Shown piece after piece: positions 29,815 through 39,818 of a stretch of DNA of 64,000 nucleotides. The DNA comes from Pseudomonadota bacterium (GTDB taxonomy: Bacteria; Pseudomonadota; Gammaproteobacteria; Acidiferrobacterales; UBA6901). The translations under genes were made by a program, and so were the position numbers. The first letter of the stretch is position 1. Every line of letters starts with the position of its first letter. The notes beneath the pieces were generated by a model. It saw only the letters and a program-made list of their open reading frames with translations, was not told where the DNA came from and did not search any database. The stretch lies in assembly GCA_027364845.1 (NCBI GenBank), contig DAHXOO010000008.1:121-64120 (forward strand), read 5' to 3'.

Positions 29815-30414
29815 GTGAGCACGATTGCATCGAAGACCGAGCAGCGGCAGCGCTTGCGGAACATGCGCGCTGCTTTGCGGCCAGCGCAACAGACGCGGGC
29901 CGCAGCGCTGTTGGCAAGCAGGGTCGCGGCTACGTCGATGTTCCGTTCGGCGCGTCGGGTAGCCTGTTATCTTCCCACCGACGGCGAAATCGATCCGCGT
30001 CCGCTGATGCAGCGCATGTGGCAAATGCGCAAGCACTGCTACCTGCCCATCCTGTCGCGCCTTTTCTATGACCGGCTGTGGTTCGCGCCGGTGATGCCAC
30101 ACTCCAGATTCTTGCTGAACCGCTTCGGCATTCCGGAGCCAGTGACCGCGCCACGCAAATGGGTGCGCGCGCAAGAACTCGATCTGATATTGCTACCGCT
30201 GGTCGGGTTTGACCTGAAGGGCAATCGCCTCGGAATGGGCGGCGGATTCTACGACCGCAGCCTTGAATTTCTGCGCGGACGCTGCTGCTGGATGCGTCCC
30301 AAGCTGATCGGGCTGGCGCATGACTTCCAGAGGCTGGAGAACCTTGTTCCGTCACCCTGGGACGTACCACTCCAGGGTGTCGCGACAGATTGCGCACTCT
30401 ACCTGACGGCGTGA
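29815..30414 (+). CDS. 5-formyltetrahydrofolate cyclo-ligase
   Basis: YLPTDGEIDPRPLM; LDLILLPLVGFDLKGNRLGMGGGFYDRSL; GTG start 11 nt after 6S RNA. Confidence 0.92.
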   Translation: MSTIASKTEQRQRLRNMRAALRPAQQTRAAALLASRVAATSMFRSARRVACYLPTDGEIDPRPLMQRMWQMRKHCYLPILSRLFYDRLWFAPVMPHSRFLLNRFGIPEPVTAPRKWVRAQELDLILLPLVGFDLKGNRLGMGGGFYDRSLEFLRGRCCWMRPKLIGLAHDFQRLENLVPSPWDVPLQGVATDCALYLTA

Positions 30415-30468
30415 GCGACAACTACCGGCCGTCACTTGCGGTATCCGATTCTCAACGAGCACAGGACG

Positions 30469-31128
30469 ATGCCCATCCCCAGACTTATCATAGGAAACAA
30501 AAACTATTCCTCCTGGTCACTGCGGCCGTGGTTGGTCATGAAACAGACCGGAATCCTCTTTGAAGAACTGCGCATCGCCCTATATACGAACAGCGCGAAA
30601 CAGGAAATTCTGCGTCACTCGCCCTCCGGAAAGGTGCCAGCGCTGGAAGATGGAGAACTTGTGATTTGGGACTCTCTGGCGATCTGCGAATACCTCGCGG
30701 AGTGTCACCCGGGCAAGGGGCTTTGGCCTGAAGATCCGACCGCGCGATCGATTGCGCGATCGATAAGTGCAGAAATGCATTCGGGCTTTGCCAATCTACG
30801 AAGCAACATGTCGATGAACTGCCGTGGCTCGTTCCCGGGAAAGGGCCGGACACCTGGCGTGGTCGCGGAAATCGAGCGCGTTACCAGCATATGGAATGAA
30901 TGCCGGCGTCGCTTCGATGCTGGCGGCCCCATGCTTTTTGGGCGTTTCACAATAGCCGACGCAATGTATGCGCCAATCGTGCTTCGGTTCATCACCTATG
31001 CGGTGGAAACTGACCCAGTGGCAACGGCCTATGTACGGACCATCGCGGCCCTTCCAGCGGTGCAAGAGTGGTGCGACAGTGCGCGCGCCGAGCCCGAGTC
31101 CATCCCGCAGTTCGAGAAGTATTCATGA
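30469..31128 (+). CDS. glutathione S-transferase family protein
   Basis: LIIGNKNYSSWSLRPWLVMKQTGILFEELRI; GKVPALEDGELVIWDSLAICEYLAE. Confidence 0.9.
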   Translation: MPIPRLIIGNKNYSSWSLRPWLVMKQTGILFEELRIALYTNSAKQEILRHSPSGKVPALEDGELVIWDSLAICEYLAECHPGKGLWPEDPTARSIARSISAEMHSGFANLRSNMSMNCRGSFPGKGRTPGVVAEIERVTSIWNECRRRFDAGGPMLFGRFTIADAMYAPIVLRFITYAVETDPVATAYVRTIAALPAVQEWCDSARAEPESIPQFEKYS

Positions 31129-31613
31129 TCCACGGCAGCCGGACGCCCGTGCGGTACTGGCTGTTCAAATCTGAGCCAGCTGCCTTTGGCATTGCTGAGC
31201 TTAAGAGGCGCAAGAACCACACCGAGCACTGGGATGGCGTAAGGAACTTCCAAGCGCGCAATTTCATGCGCGATGAAATGCAAGCCGGCGATCTGGGTTT
31301 CCTTTACCATTCAAGCTGTGCCGAGCCGGCCATTGTGGGCATCATGGAGATCGTACGGCCAGGTTATCCGGACTTCACCGCTTTTGACCCCCTTGAACCT
31401 CACTACGACCCGAAAAGCACGCTGCAACGGCCACTATGGTACATGGTTGATGTGCGCCTCAAGCGCGAATTCAGGCGACCGATTACGCTGCGCGAACTGA
31501 AAACGCACCCGGCGCTCGTCGGCATGCGTCTGCTCGCTCGCGGCAATCGGCTATCGGTCATGCCGGTGGATCGGCGCGAATGGGATTATATTCTCAGACT
31601 GGAGCGCCGTTGA
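31125..31613 (+). CDS. EVE domain-containing protein
   Basis: YWLFKSEPAAFGIAELKR...HWDGVRNFQARNFMRDEMQAGDLGFLYHSSCAEPAIVGIMEIVRPGYPDFTAFDP. Confidence 0.93.
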   Translation: MIHGSRTPVRYWLFKSEPAAFGIAELKRRKNHTEHWDGVRNFQARNFMRDEMQAGDLGFLYHSSCAEPAIVGIMEIVRPGYPDFTAFDPLEPHYDPKSTLQRPLWYMVDVRLKREFRRPITLRELKTHPALVGMRLLARGNRLSVMPVDRREWDYILRLERR

Positions 31614-32287
31614 CTGCGCTCTATCACTTTTGGTGGTCTCCCGAGGCACAGCGCGTTCGCCTTGCCTTGGGCTACAAGGGTATCGTCTACGAAGACCGAC
31701 CGATCGCATTTGATGACGACGAAACATTTTTCGCGCTGGGCGTAGCACGCACCGTCCCGGTGCTGCAGTGCGATGACGGCACGCTGCTGACGGATTCGGC
31801 CACGATACTCCGACAGCTGGACCATTACTGGCCACACCGTCCGATCTATGAAGGTATCCTGACCGCAGCCACATGGGATGCACTGCTGGGCTGGCGCCAA
31901 TCGGCCGATGCGCTGCTAACTCGACTGCACGCGCCCGTGCTTCCCGCCTACCGGGGTATAGGAGACAGCGAACAGAACTTGGCAGCCTACAAGTCCGAAG
32001 TTTCCCGCCGCTTCGGTGCGAGCGTGGAAGAGCTGTCGAATGATCGCTATGGGGCCTTTGGCCAGCTGATGCAGGTGGCGCGGCTCAGGGAACTCGCCAT
32101 CCGTCTGGCGAAGAACCGGTTCTATCTGGGACAGCCGTCTGCCGCCGATATGCTGCTCGCCGCAGACCTGTTCCCTCTCCAACTGCTCGACGGCGTAACC
32201 CTGCCAATCGACCTGATGTATTACATCCAAAGGGTCGAGGATACCTGCCAAACCGGACTGCGCGACGGCCTGCTGGCGTCACTGTGA
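31610..32287 (+). CDS. glutathione S-transferase family protein (TTG start overlapping EVE stop)
   Basis: LYHFWWSPEAQRVRLALGYKGIVYEDRPIAF; TVPVLQCDDGTLLTDSATILRQLD. Confidence 0.82.
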   Translation: MTALYHFWWSPEAQRVRLALGYKGIVYEDRPIAFDDDETFFALGVARTVPVLQCDDGTLLTDSATILRQLDHYWPHRPIYEGILTAATWDALLGWRQSADALLTRLHAPVLPAYRGIGDSEQNLAAYKSEVSRRFGASVEELSNDRYGAFGQLMQVARLRELAIRLAKNRFYLGQPSAADMLLAADLFPLQLLDGVTLPIDLMYYIQRVEDTCQTGLRDGLLASL

Positions 32288-32493
32288 CGGGCTGCAGCAC
32301 CGGTGGTACTTGTCAAAAACAAGGGATTCTTGAACAATGATAGGCAATGCTGCCTTTTGCAATATCCAGAACGGCGTTAGCTTGCCAAATCCAGTAATTG
32401 AAAAATGTGGCCGCTGATGGACCTGGTGCCAAGTGCCGATAGTATCAGGTGGCGGCATTTTCCGACCACCTGACTGACAACTGAGAACTCCCA

Positions 32494-33102
32494 ATGCATG
32501 ATTTATCGCGTAAACTGATCCGCGCCTTGGCTGCACTACTATTCACCGTTGCTGCCGCCAGCGCCCACGCCAAACAGCAATCGGGTCCAGCGCATGATCC
32601 GATAGTACGAATGGTCACCACTCTCGGCACTGTTGAGATGGAACTCTTTCCAGACAAGTCACCCGCGACGGTGAAAAATTTCCTGTACTACGTGAACTCC
32701 GGTTTCTATAACGGCACTATTTTCCACCGTGTCATTCCCGGGTTCATGATCCAGGGCGGCGGCTTCAAACCGGGGATGCATCTGAAACCGACACGCGCTC
32801 CAATCCGCAACGAGGCCGACAATGGACTCCAGAATACGGTTGGCACCATCGCCATGGCACGCACCGGCGACCCGAACTCAGCCACTGCGCAATTCTTCAT
32901 CAACACCGCCGACAACCCGTTTCTCGACCACCGCGACGACAGCATAAGTGGCTGGGGTTACACCGTTTTTGGAAAGGTTATCAAGGGAATGGACGTAGTA
33001 CGGAAGATCGAAGCCGTACCCACAGGAACCCGCGGGCCGTTTGCTGATGTGCCATTACATAATGTCTTGATCAAAAAGATAGGCCTGTCAGGATACCGGT
33101 AG
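32494..33102 (+). CDS. exported cyclophilin-type peptidyl-prolyl cis-trans isomerase
   Basis: Signal peptide; [59 protein letters not shown]. Confidence 0.95.
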   Translation: MHDLSRKLIRALAALLFTVAAASAHAKQQSGPAHDPIVRMVTTLGTVEMELFPDKSPATVKNFLYYVNSGFYNGTIFHRVIPGFMIQGGGFKPGMHLKPTRAPIRNEADNGLQNTVGTIAMARTGDPNSATAQFFINTADNPFLDHRDDSISGWGYTVFGKVIKGMDVVRKIEAVPTGTRGPFADVPLHNVLIKKIGLSGYR

Positions 33103-33129
33103 TCCGCGTGCCCGGCACCAACCCACAAT

Positions 33130-34641
33130 TCAACCGAGAAACAGCTTATACGCTGGATTCGACGTTTCCTCGACAAATTCGTACCCAAGCTTGTCGAGGA
33201 ACTGCCGAAACGCGATCTTGTCCGAAGGAGGAACCTGCATTCCCACCAGCACGCGGCCGAAATCAGCGCCGTGGTTGCGATAGTGAAACAGGCTGATGTT
33301 CCAGGACTGGCCCATTTTATCCAGAAAATTCATGAGCGCCCCGGGGCGCTCGGGAAATTCGAAGCGGTAAAGGATCTCGTGCAGAACATTTGGCGCGTGG
33401 CCACCGACCAAATGGCGGATGTGAAGCTTGGCCATCTCGTTGTCGGTCATGTCCAGAGTGTCGTACCCGTCAGTACGCAGGGTTGCAATCAGATCGTCGG
33501 CTTCTTGCATATCCTGGATTCGCACCCCCACAAAAACGTGGGCACTGCTGGGACTGGAATAGCGATAGTTAAACTCCGTGATCAGGCGATGGCCAACGAC
33601 GGCGCAGAACCTGCGGAAGCTGCCGGGCACCTCTGGTATGGTCACAGCCAGTATTGCTTCGCGCCGCTCGCCGACTTCGGCGCGTTCCGCAACATGACGC
33701 AGGCGGTCGAAGTTCATGTTCGCGCCTGACGCAATTGCAACCAGCTGCCTGTCACGCAGCGAATCGCGCTCGATGTATTTCTTCATGCCAGCAACGGAAA
33801 GGGCGCCCGCGGGCTCGAGTATGGAACGCGTGTCTTCGAAGATGTCCTTGATAGCGGCACAGATCTCGTCGTTACTGACAAGGATTATTTCGTCCACGAA
33901 CTTTTGTGCGAGCCGGAACGTTTCCTCGCCGACCTGACGCACAGCAACGCCGTCTGCGAAGATACCCACATGGTCGAGCATGATCCGGCGACCGGCGGAA
34001 AGCGAGCGGTACATCGCGTCCGCCTCCTCGGGCTCAACACCGATTACCTTGATATCCGGTCGCAGGGATTTTATGTAGACCGCAATGCCGCCGATGAGTC
34101 CGCCGCCGCCTACCGGAACGAAGACGGCATGCAAATCACGGGTGTGTTGCTTGAGTATCTCCACAGCGATGGTTCCCTGCCCGGTGATGACATCGGGGTC
34201 ATCGTACGGATGAACAAAGGTCAGGCCGCGTTCCGCCCCAAGCCGCATTGCAAAGGCATACGCGGCATCGTAGTTATCGCCGTGAAGCAGCACCTCGCCC
34301 CCCAGATTACGGACCGCGTCGATCTTGATCTCCGGCGTCGTAACCGGCATCACAATCAGCGCGTACGTGCCGAGCTTGGCTGCCGCCAGTGCAACCCCCT
34401 GGGCATGGTTACCTGCGGACGCAGCCACAACCCCACGCGCAAGAATGGTACTCGGCAGTGATGCCATTTTGTTGTAGGCGCCGCGGCACTTGAACGAGAA
34501 AACCGGCTGCTGGTCTTCGCGCTTGAGCCAGACCTGGTTGCCTAGACGGCGCGAGAGATTGGGAGCGAAATCGAGCGAAGTCTCTTTGGCAACTTCGTAG
34601 ACACGTGTGGCGAGAATCTTTTCAAGATAACGCTGAGGCAT
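33130..34641 (-). CDS. ilvA: threonine ammonia-lyase, biosynthetic
   Basis: KREDQQPVFSFKCRGAYNKM PLP-Lys motif; ~503 aa with two C-terminal ACT-like domains. Confidence 0.96.
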   Translation of the reverse strand: MPQRYLEKILATRVYEVAKETSLDFAPNLSRRLGNQVWLKREDQQPVFSFKCRGAYNKMASLPSTILARGVVAASAGNHAQGVALAAAKLGTYALIVMPVTTPEIKIDAVRNLGGEVLLHGDNYDAAYAFAMRLGAERGLTFVHPYDDPDVITGQGTIAVEILKQHTRDLHAVFVPVGGGGLIGGIAVYIKSLRPDIKVIGVEPEEADAMYRSLSAGRRIMLDHVGIFADGVAVRQVGEETFRLAQKFVDEIILVSNDEICAAIKDIFEDTRSILEPAGALSVAGMKKYIERDSLRDRQLVAIASGANMNFDRLRHVAERAEVGERREAILAVTIPEVPGSFRRFCAVVGHRLITEFNYRYSSPSSAHVFVGVRIQDMQEADDLIATLRTDGYDTLDMTDNEMAKLHIRHLVGGHAPNVLHEILYRFEFPERPGALMNFLDKMGQSWNISLFHYRNHGADFGRVLVGMQVPPSDKIAFRQFLDKLGYEFVEETSNPAYKLFLG

Positions 34642-34773
34642 TGATCTAATTTACCAGAAACCAGTCGGCTTCGCAGTACGCATTCCGGTGTTGGGATGAG
34701 CAGTTCGACAGCGACCCTTGTTTTAGGGCCGGCACTGACGGTATTCTCGACATGCAGAAGCGCATGAGGGGGG

Positions 34774-35433
34774 TTGATGACACAGGATGACATGAAGAAG
34801 GCGGCCGCGCAGGCGGCCCTCGAGTACGTTGGCAGCGGGGGTGTAATTGGCGTCGGCACCGGTTCGACCGCGAACTACTTCATCGATGCGCTGGCCACGA
34901 TCAAGGGGCGGATTGACGGGGCCGTCGCTAGCTCCAATGCTACTGCCGAACGGCTCAAAAAGTACGGTATACCGGTGGTTGACCTCAATGCCACTGGGAG
35001 CCTTAAGCTTTATGTCGACGGTGCCGACGAGGCCACCCGCCACCTGCACTTGATAAAAGGCGGCGGTGGCGCCCTCACCCGCGAGAAGATCATCGCCGCC
35101 GCAAGCGAGACTTTCGTATGCGTCGCTGACGAAACAAAGCTGGCCGACGTCCTTGGCAAATTTCCTTTGCCCATAGAAGTCATTCCGATGGCGCGCAGTT
35201 ACGTCGCCCGCGAGATAGTCAAGCTTGGCGGTGAACCGGTACTGCGGCAGGGATTCACGACCGACAATGGCAACGTGATTTTGGACGTGTACAACCTCAA
35301 CATCCTGAACCCAGTTGAACTTGAGCGAACGCTCAATCAGATTGCCGGCGCAGTTACCAATGGCCTATTCGCGCACCGGCCAGCGGATGTGCTGATCCTC
35401 GGCACCAAGACCGGCGTGCAGACCCTCAAGTGA
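34774..35433 (+). CDS. rpiA: ribose-5-phosphate isomerase A
   Basis: [18 protein letters not shown]; VDGADEA; [16 protein letters not shown]; [13 protein letters not shown]. Confidence 0.96.
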   Translation: MMTQDDMKKAAAQAALEYVGSGGVIGVGTGSTANYFIDALATIKGRIDGAVASSNATAERLKKYGIPVVDLNATGSLKLYVDGADEATRHLHLIKGGGGALTREKIIAAASETFVCVADETKLADVLGKFPLPIEVIPMARSYVAREIVKLGGEPVLRQGFTTDNGNVILDVYNLNILNPVELERTLNQIAGAVTNGLFAHRPADVLILGTKTGVQTLK

Positions 35434-35449
35434 CCCTGTGCACGCAGGT

Positions 35450-36841
35450 CTAAGTAAAGCTGCGGTTGATCTGAATGTTCAGCTTCTTGATGCGATGCCA
35501 CAAACTGCGCTCGGATATGCCCAGGCGCTTTGCGGCGTGTGCCTGTATTCCTCCACACTGCTCCAGGGCCTTGAGTATTGCGCGCCGCTCGACGTCTGCC
35601 AGCCAGTTATCAAGATCCTGATCGTTGCTTCTGTCGGTCGCTAAGTCAGGATCCAGCGTTTGCGCCGTGGCACCGCGTATCGCCTCGGGAAGATCCTGAA
35701 CATCTATCTCCTTGCCCTTGCATGACAGCAATGAACGCTCTACTGCATTGCGCAGTTCGCGCACGTTGCCAGGCCAGGGATAGTGCAGCAGAACCTCAAG
35801 AGTCCCCGGAGTGAAGCGCTGCACCAGCTTATCCGTTTCCTGGGAAATCTCTCGCAGGAAAGAATCGGCAAGCAGAACGATATCCGCGCCGCGCTCGCGC
35901 AACGGCGGCACCACTATATTGTAGACGTCGAGGCGGTAAAGCAGGTCCTCGCGAAATCTGCCCTGCCGCACCAGTTCCTTGAGGTCACGGTTGGTCGCCG
36001 CAAGGAATCGCACATCGGCACTGCGGACCTGATCGCTTCCGACCGGGAAAAACTCGCGTTCCTGCAGAACGCGCAGCAACTTCGCCTGCAGCGCTGGAGC
36101 GAGATCTCCGATTTCGTCGAGAAACAACGTTCCCCCCTGGGCTTGCTCAAGACGCCCAGAACGGTTTTTCGATGCGCCGGTAAACGCTCCCTTGACGTAG
36201 CCAAAGAGCTCACTTTCCATGAGATCATGCGGGATCGCCGAACAGTTGATCGCCACCCATGGGTACTGGGACCGCGGACTGGTTTCGTGGATTGTGCGTG
36301 CAACCAGCTCCTTGCCGGTTCCACTTTCTCCGGTGATCAGCACGCTGGTGCGGTATGGCGCGACACGCCGGATCTCTTCCAGCAGACACTGTATCGCCTG
36401 GCTTGCTCCCATCAAGTGCCGGCGCGCGAGCGACTCGGTCACAGTCTCCTTGAGACGCTGGTTTTCGCGCAGAATATCGCGCAGCTTGATCGCATTGTGG
36501 ACAGCGATTTCCAGCTCCTCCGGCTCGAACGGCTTGGTCAGATAATCGGTTGCCCCAGCATGGATGCTTTTCACGGCCGAGCGGATGGTGCCGTGGGCTG
36601 TGACCACGATCACCGGGACATCGGGCCGATCTTCGTGACAACGCCGGATGAAATCCTCCCCGCCCATGCCCGGCATTTTCAGGTCGGAAAGGACGACATC
36701 GAGATTCGGATTTGTCAGATGTGCGATCCCGGCCTCACCGCCATCGGCGACCTCCACGCCATAGCCAGCGTCCTCCAGAATCATGCGTATAACTGTCTGC
36801 ATGTTCTGCTCGTCATCGACCACTAGAACGGTTCGTTTCAT
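35450..36841 (-). CDS. sigma-54-dependent two-component response regulator (NtrC/ZraR-like)
   Basis: VLVVDDEQNMQTVIRMIL; [15 protein letters not shown]; ELFGYVKGAFTGA; [11 protein letters not shown]; C-terminal HTH ...QAHAAKRLGISERSLWHRIKKLNI. Confidence 0.95.
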   Translation of the reverse strand: MKRTVLVVDDEQNMQTVIRMILEDAGYGVEVADGGEAGIAHLTNPNLDVVLSDLKMPGMGGEDFIRRCHEDRPDVPVIVVTAHGTIRSAVKSIHAGATDYLTKPFEPEELEIAVHNAIKLRDILRENQRLKETVTESLARRHLMGASQAIQCLLEEIRRVAPYRTSVLITGESGTGKELVARTIHETSPRSQYPWVAINCSAIPHDLMESELFGYVKGAFTGASKNRSGRLEQAQGGTLFLDEIGDLAPALQAKLLRVLQEREFFPVGSDQVRSADVRFLAATNRDLKELVRQGRFREDLLYRLDVYNIVVPPLRERGADIVLLADSFLREISQETDKLVQRFTPGTLEVLLHYPWPGNVRELRNAVERSLLSCKGKEIDVQDLPEAIRGATAQTLDPDLATDRSNDQDLDNWLADVERRAILKALEQCGGIQAHAAKRLGISERSLWHRIKKLNIQINRSFT

Positions 36842-36850
36842 GAATTACAC

Positions 36851-38587
36851 CTAAGCGTGGACCGGGAACGACATGGCAAACCGGGCGCCACCCTTTTCCG
36901 GCTCAAGTACCAGCAGCCTTCCGCCATTCACCTCGACGAGCGTGTTGGCGAGCGACAAGCCGAGACCGGTACCTCGTTCCTTGGTAGTGAAGAACGGCTC
37001 AAACAGGCGTGGCATGACCTCTGCAGGAATGCCTGGGCCGCTGTCTTCCACGGAAAGTATCACTTGTCCATCCTTTACGGCTGTCACGAGACTTAGCTCT
37101 CCGCCGGTATCCCCCATCGCTTGCAGCGCATTGGTAAGGATATTTGCCCATGCCTGCTGCAACAAGCCGGCATCTCCCATAATGCGCGCCGACCGGTGTC
37201 CAATCCGCTCATGCACCTCCACGTTACTTGTTCCGGCGAGCGTGGCGGCGAGCGCGTGCTTCAGCGGCGCCACTGGGTCTATTCGCAACGACTCCGGATG
37301 TCGGTGGCGGGAGAGCTGCAGGAAATCTTGAACAAGGTTGCCCACCCGTACACTTTCCTCCCGGATCATGCGCAACAGCTCGGCTTTTTTTTGCGAAGAC
37401 AGATCGGATTTCTCCAAAAGCGCTGAGGCGCTGTTTATAACGCCAATCGGATTGCGGATCTCATGCGCGAGCGACGCTGACAGTTCACCGAGGGCGGCAA
37501 GTTTGTCGCGGTGAAACCGTTGCTGCTGCTCGTCACGCGCCTCACGTAGACTCACTGCCATTGCGTTGAATGCCTTCGCCAGATCCCCGACCTCATCGTC
37601 GGAAGTCACGGGCACCGTCGCATTGAAATTCTGGGCAGCCAGCTGCATGACGCCGTCGCGCAGGTGCTCCACAGGCCGCACCACAAGTCTGCTCAGCAGG
37701 TACCCGGTTAAAGCGCCAAATATCACACCGAGAAGCGAAATCCCTGAAAAAAGAAGCAGGCGGTTGGTAACTACCTCTTCGAACCCCGCGCGCTTGAGAC
37801 CACTGAAGATGATCGCCTCAACTTGGCCATCATTATCGACAATCGGTGTGTATTGGCCGCGAAAATCAGCATCTTCGGCCTTCACGCTGTAGTAGGGTTT
37901 GCGGTCAATCTGCAGCCGCCGCATCACGTCCCCGGGCAGGCGTCTGAGCGAGATCAGACTGCCCGGCTTTGAAAACATGTCCAGGTAATTTGGGCCATCG
38001 CGGTAATACAGCCGTGTTTTAAGGCCGGTCAGATGCGATAACTCATTGATAAAATCCTGACCAAGCAGGCTGCCCATGACCAAGTAGTACCTTGGAGGTC
38101 CATGCCGCGGCACACGCGTAATGCCCACGGCAGCAAGCTGGCTGTGTCCGTCGCGCGTAACCTTGAGCACAGCCTCGGTTTGCACCCTGTCCCACATGGT
38201 GCGCATGTCCACCGGCCTCGACGAATACAACAGCGTCTGGTCGCTGTTGTAGACCTGAATGAAACTTATGCCCAGTTCCCGGGCCATGTGGGCAATGGCC
38301 GGGTGCACGGGGTTCGGGTCCCCGTTTTTCAGCCGAGCAACGAATGCTGGGTCGTCCGCCAGCACGTGGCCAAACATAACCGCATCGTTCTGGTAAGCTC
38401 GCAGCCAAGTCCGGTCGACATGCGCTGCGTCCACGATGTAGTGCTTCAACCTTTCCTCAAAACCGGAGGATACCCACTCGGAAGCCAGCATGGCCGCCCC
38501 CAGCATGGGAACGACCATGATTGCCAGGATCAACAGCAACACCTTGCGCTGGAGGCGATTGAGTCGGAGAAATTCCGGGCGCATCAA
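36851..38587 (-). CDS. membrane sensor histidine kinase (periplasmic sensor, HAMP, HisKA, HATPase)
   Basis: Two TM segments; HAMP region LVVRPVEHLRDGVMQLA; H-box LSASLAHEIRNPIGVINSA; VEDSGPGIPAEVMPRLFEPFFTTKERGTGLGLSLA. Confidence 0.95.
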   Translation of the reverse strand: MMRPEFLRLNRLQRKVLLLILAIMVVPMLGAAMLASEWVSSGFEERLKHYIVDAAHVDRTWLRAYQNDAVMFGHVLADDPAFVARLKNGDPNPVHPAIAHMARELGISFIQVYNSDQTLLYSSRPVDMRTMWDRVQTEAVLKVTRDGHSQLAAVGITRVPRHGPPRYYLVMGSLLGQDFINELSHLTGLKTRLYYRDGPNYLDMFSKPGSLISLRRLPGDVMRRLQIDRKPYYSVKAEDADFRGQYTPIVDNDGQVEAIIFSGLKRAGFEEVVTNRLLLFSGISLLGVIFGALTGYLLSRLVVRPVEHLRDGVMQLAAQNFNATVPVTSDDEVGDLAKAFNAMAVSLREARDEQQQRFHRDKLAALGELSASLAHEIRNPIGVINSASALLEKSDLSSQKKAELLRMIREESVRVGNLVQDFLQLSRHRHPESLRIDPVAPLKHALAATLAGTSNVEVHERIGHRSARIMGDAGLLQQAWANILTNALQAMGDTGGELSLVTAVKDGQVILSVEDSGPGIPAEVMPRLFEPFFTTKERGTGLGLSLANTLVEVNGGRLLVLEPEKGGARFAMSFPVHA

Positions 38588-38607
38588 GATTCCTGTTTTA
38601 GAGTAAT

Positions 38608-38622
38608 CTACAAAATTTGTAG
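38608..38622. promoter_or_regulatory. 15-bp perfect palindrome CTACAAAATTTGTAG, candidate regulator-binding site
   Basis: Seen directly; additional half-sites TTTGTAG (38624-38630) and ATTGTAG (38693-38699); located 90 bp upstream of sigma-54 promoter. Confidence 0.6.
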
Positions 38623-38711
38623 GTTTGTAGGAGTGAGTCGACGCGTCAATGGATTGACTTTGTCATTATAAGCATTTGATTCGAGAAAAGAAATTGTAGT
38701 CATTTTTGAAT

Positions 38712-38727
38712 TGGCACATGAATTGCT
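38712..38727 (+). promoter_or_regulatory. Consensus sigma-54 promoter TGGCACATGAATTGCT
   Basis: Exact TGGCAC-N5-TTGCT, about 85 bp 5' of small ORF at 38814. Confidence 0.9.
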
Positions 38728-38813
38728 TTTGTCAGATCCGCTAAGGACGGTCAAGGATTCACCTTACCCATCCGACGTTGAAGCAGGAATGACAACTGAT
38801 TGAGGATAGATAC

Positions 38814-39038
38814 ATGAAAAAGACTTTAATGAGCATTATCGCTCTCGCACTGGTAGCCGTGTTTGGCAATGGCGCCGTCGCTGTTGCCGCGGGCACACCA
38901 CCGGCCGGACACAAGATTGAGCACAGAGTGGAGCACAAAAGAGTAGTGCACAAGAGAATTGTTCGCAGGCGCATCGTGCACAGAAAGATGACAAAGAAAA
39001 TCGTGCATAAGAAAGAACTTGCCCACAAAAAGGGTTAA
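38814..39038 (+). CDS. small exported His/Lys/Arg-rich protein
   Basis: Signal peptide MKKTLMSIIALALVAVFGNGAVAVAAG followed by HKIEHRVEHKRVVHKRIVRRRIVHRKMTKKIVHKKELAHKKG; preceded by sigma-54 promoter and purine-rich RBS. Confidence 0.8.
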   Translation: MKKTLMSIIALALVAVFGNGAVAVAAGTPPAGHKIEHRVEHKRVVHKRIVRRRIVHRKMTKKIVHKKELAHKKG

Positions 39039-39383
39039 TTCTCATTAGTATCAAAGAGGAAGGCCGGAGGAAGTGTTAAGTCAGGCTTTTCTCAAGCTTC
39101 ACAGTCAGATCGAGTAGGGTGGCGGGGTCCCGCCACCCACTCTTACCACGGTATGCACAGTATCGCGACCGGCGGTTCAAGCAGAACCCGGAAGCCGCTG
39201 ATCGGTTTCCACGGCAACGCCAGTCCCTTCGGACAAATTTCGGTGCGGCGAATTTCAAGTATTCTTCTCACCGGATAGGCAGAGGTCTTTACTCCTTTTT
39301 TGCGTGCCAAATGCGCTCCGTCAGGCTAACCACAGCAAGCCCCATTACCGAAATCCTTCCTTATTGTATTCCTATAATCGCAT

Positions 39384-39818
39384 CTAAATACGCTGTTGGA
39401 CCCAGGACTGCAAACTGCGCGGATCCAGAGCGCCCGACACCCTATCGGCCTCGTGACCACTCTTGAACAGAACCAGCGTGGGAATTCCGCGGATGCCGAA
39501 CTCGCTCGCTAGACCCCGCTCGACATCCGTGTCAACTTTGCCAAAGCGGACACGCATATCGAATTGCGCTGCAGCGGCAGCGAAAACTGGCGCCATTATC
39601 TTGCACGGTCCGCACCAAGGCGCCCAAAAATCCACCAGCAACGGAATATCGCTGTGTTCCATGTGGCGACGAAAATTCGCCGCGGTCAATTCCACCGGCT
39701 TGCCTTCAAACAACGGTTTATGGCAAGTGCCGCATTTCGGATGGTCGTGAAGGCGGTCTTCCGGAACCCGGTTGATTCCCTGGCAATGCGGACAAACGAC
39801 AAGCTTGGACGTAGACAC
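39384..39818 (-). CDS. trxC: thioredoxin TrxC (thioredoxin 2)
   Basis: N-terminal zinc CxxC pairs (CPHCQG, CGTCHKPL) and WCGPCK active site. Confidence 0.95.
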   Translation of the reverse strand: MSTSKLVVCPHCQGINRVPEDRLHDHPKCGTCHKPLFEGKPVELTAANFRRHMEHSDIPLLVDFWAPWCGPCKIMAPVFAAAAAQFDMRVRFGKVDTDVERGLASEFGIRGIPTLVLFKSGHEADRVSGALDPRSLQSWVQQRI

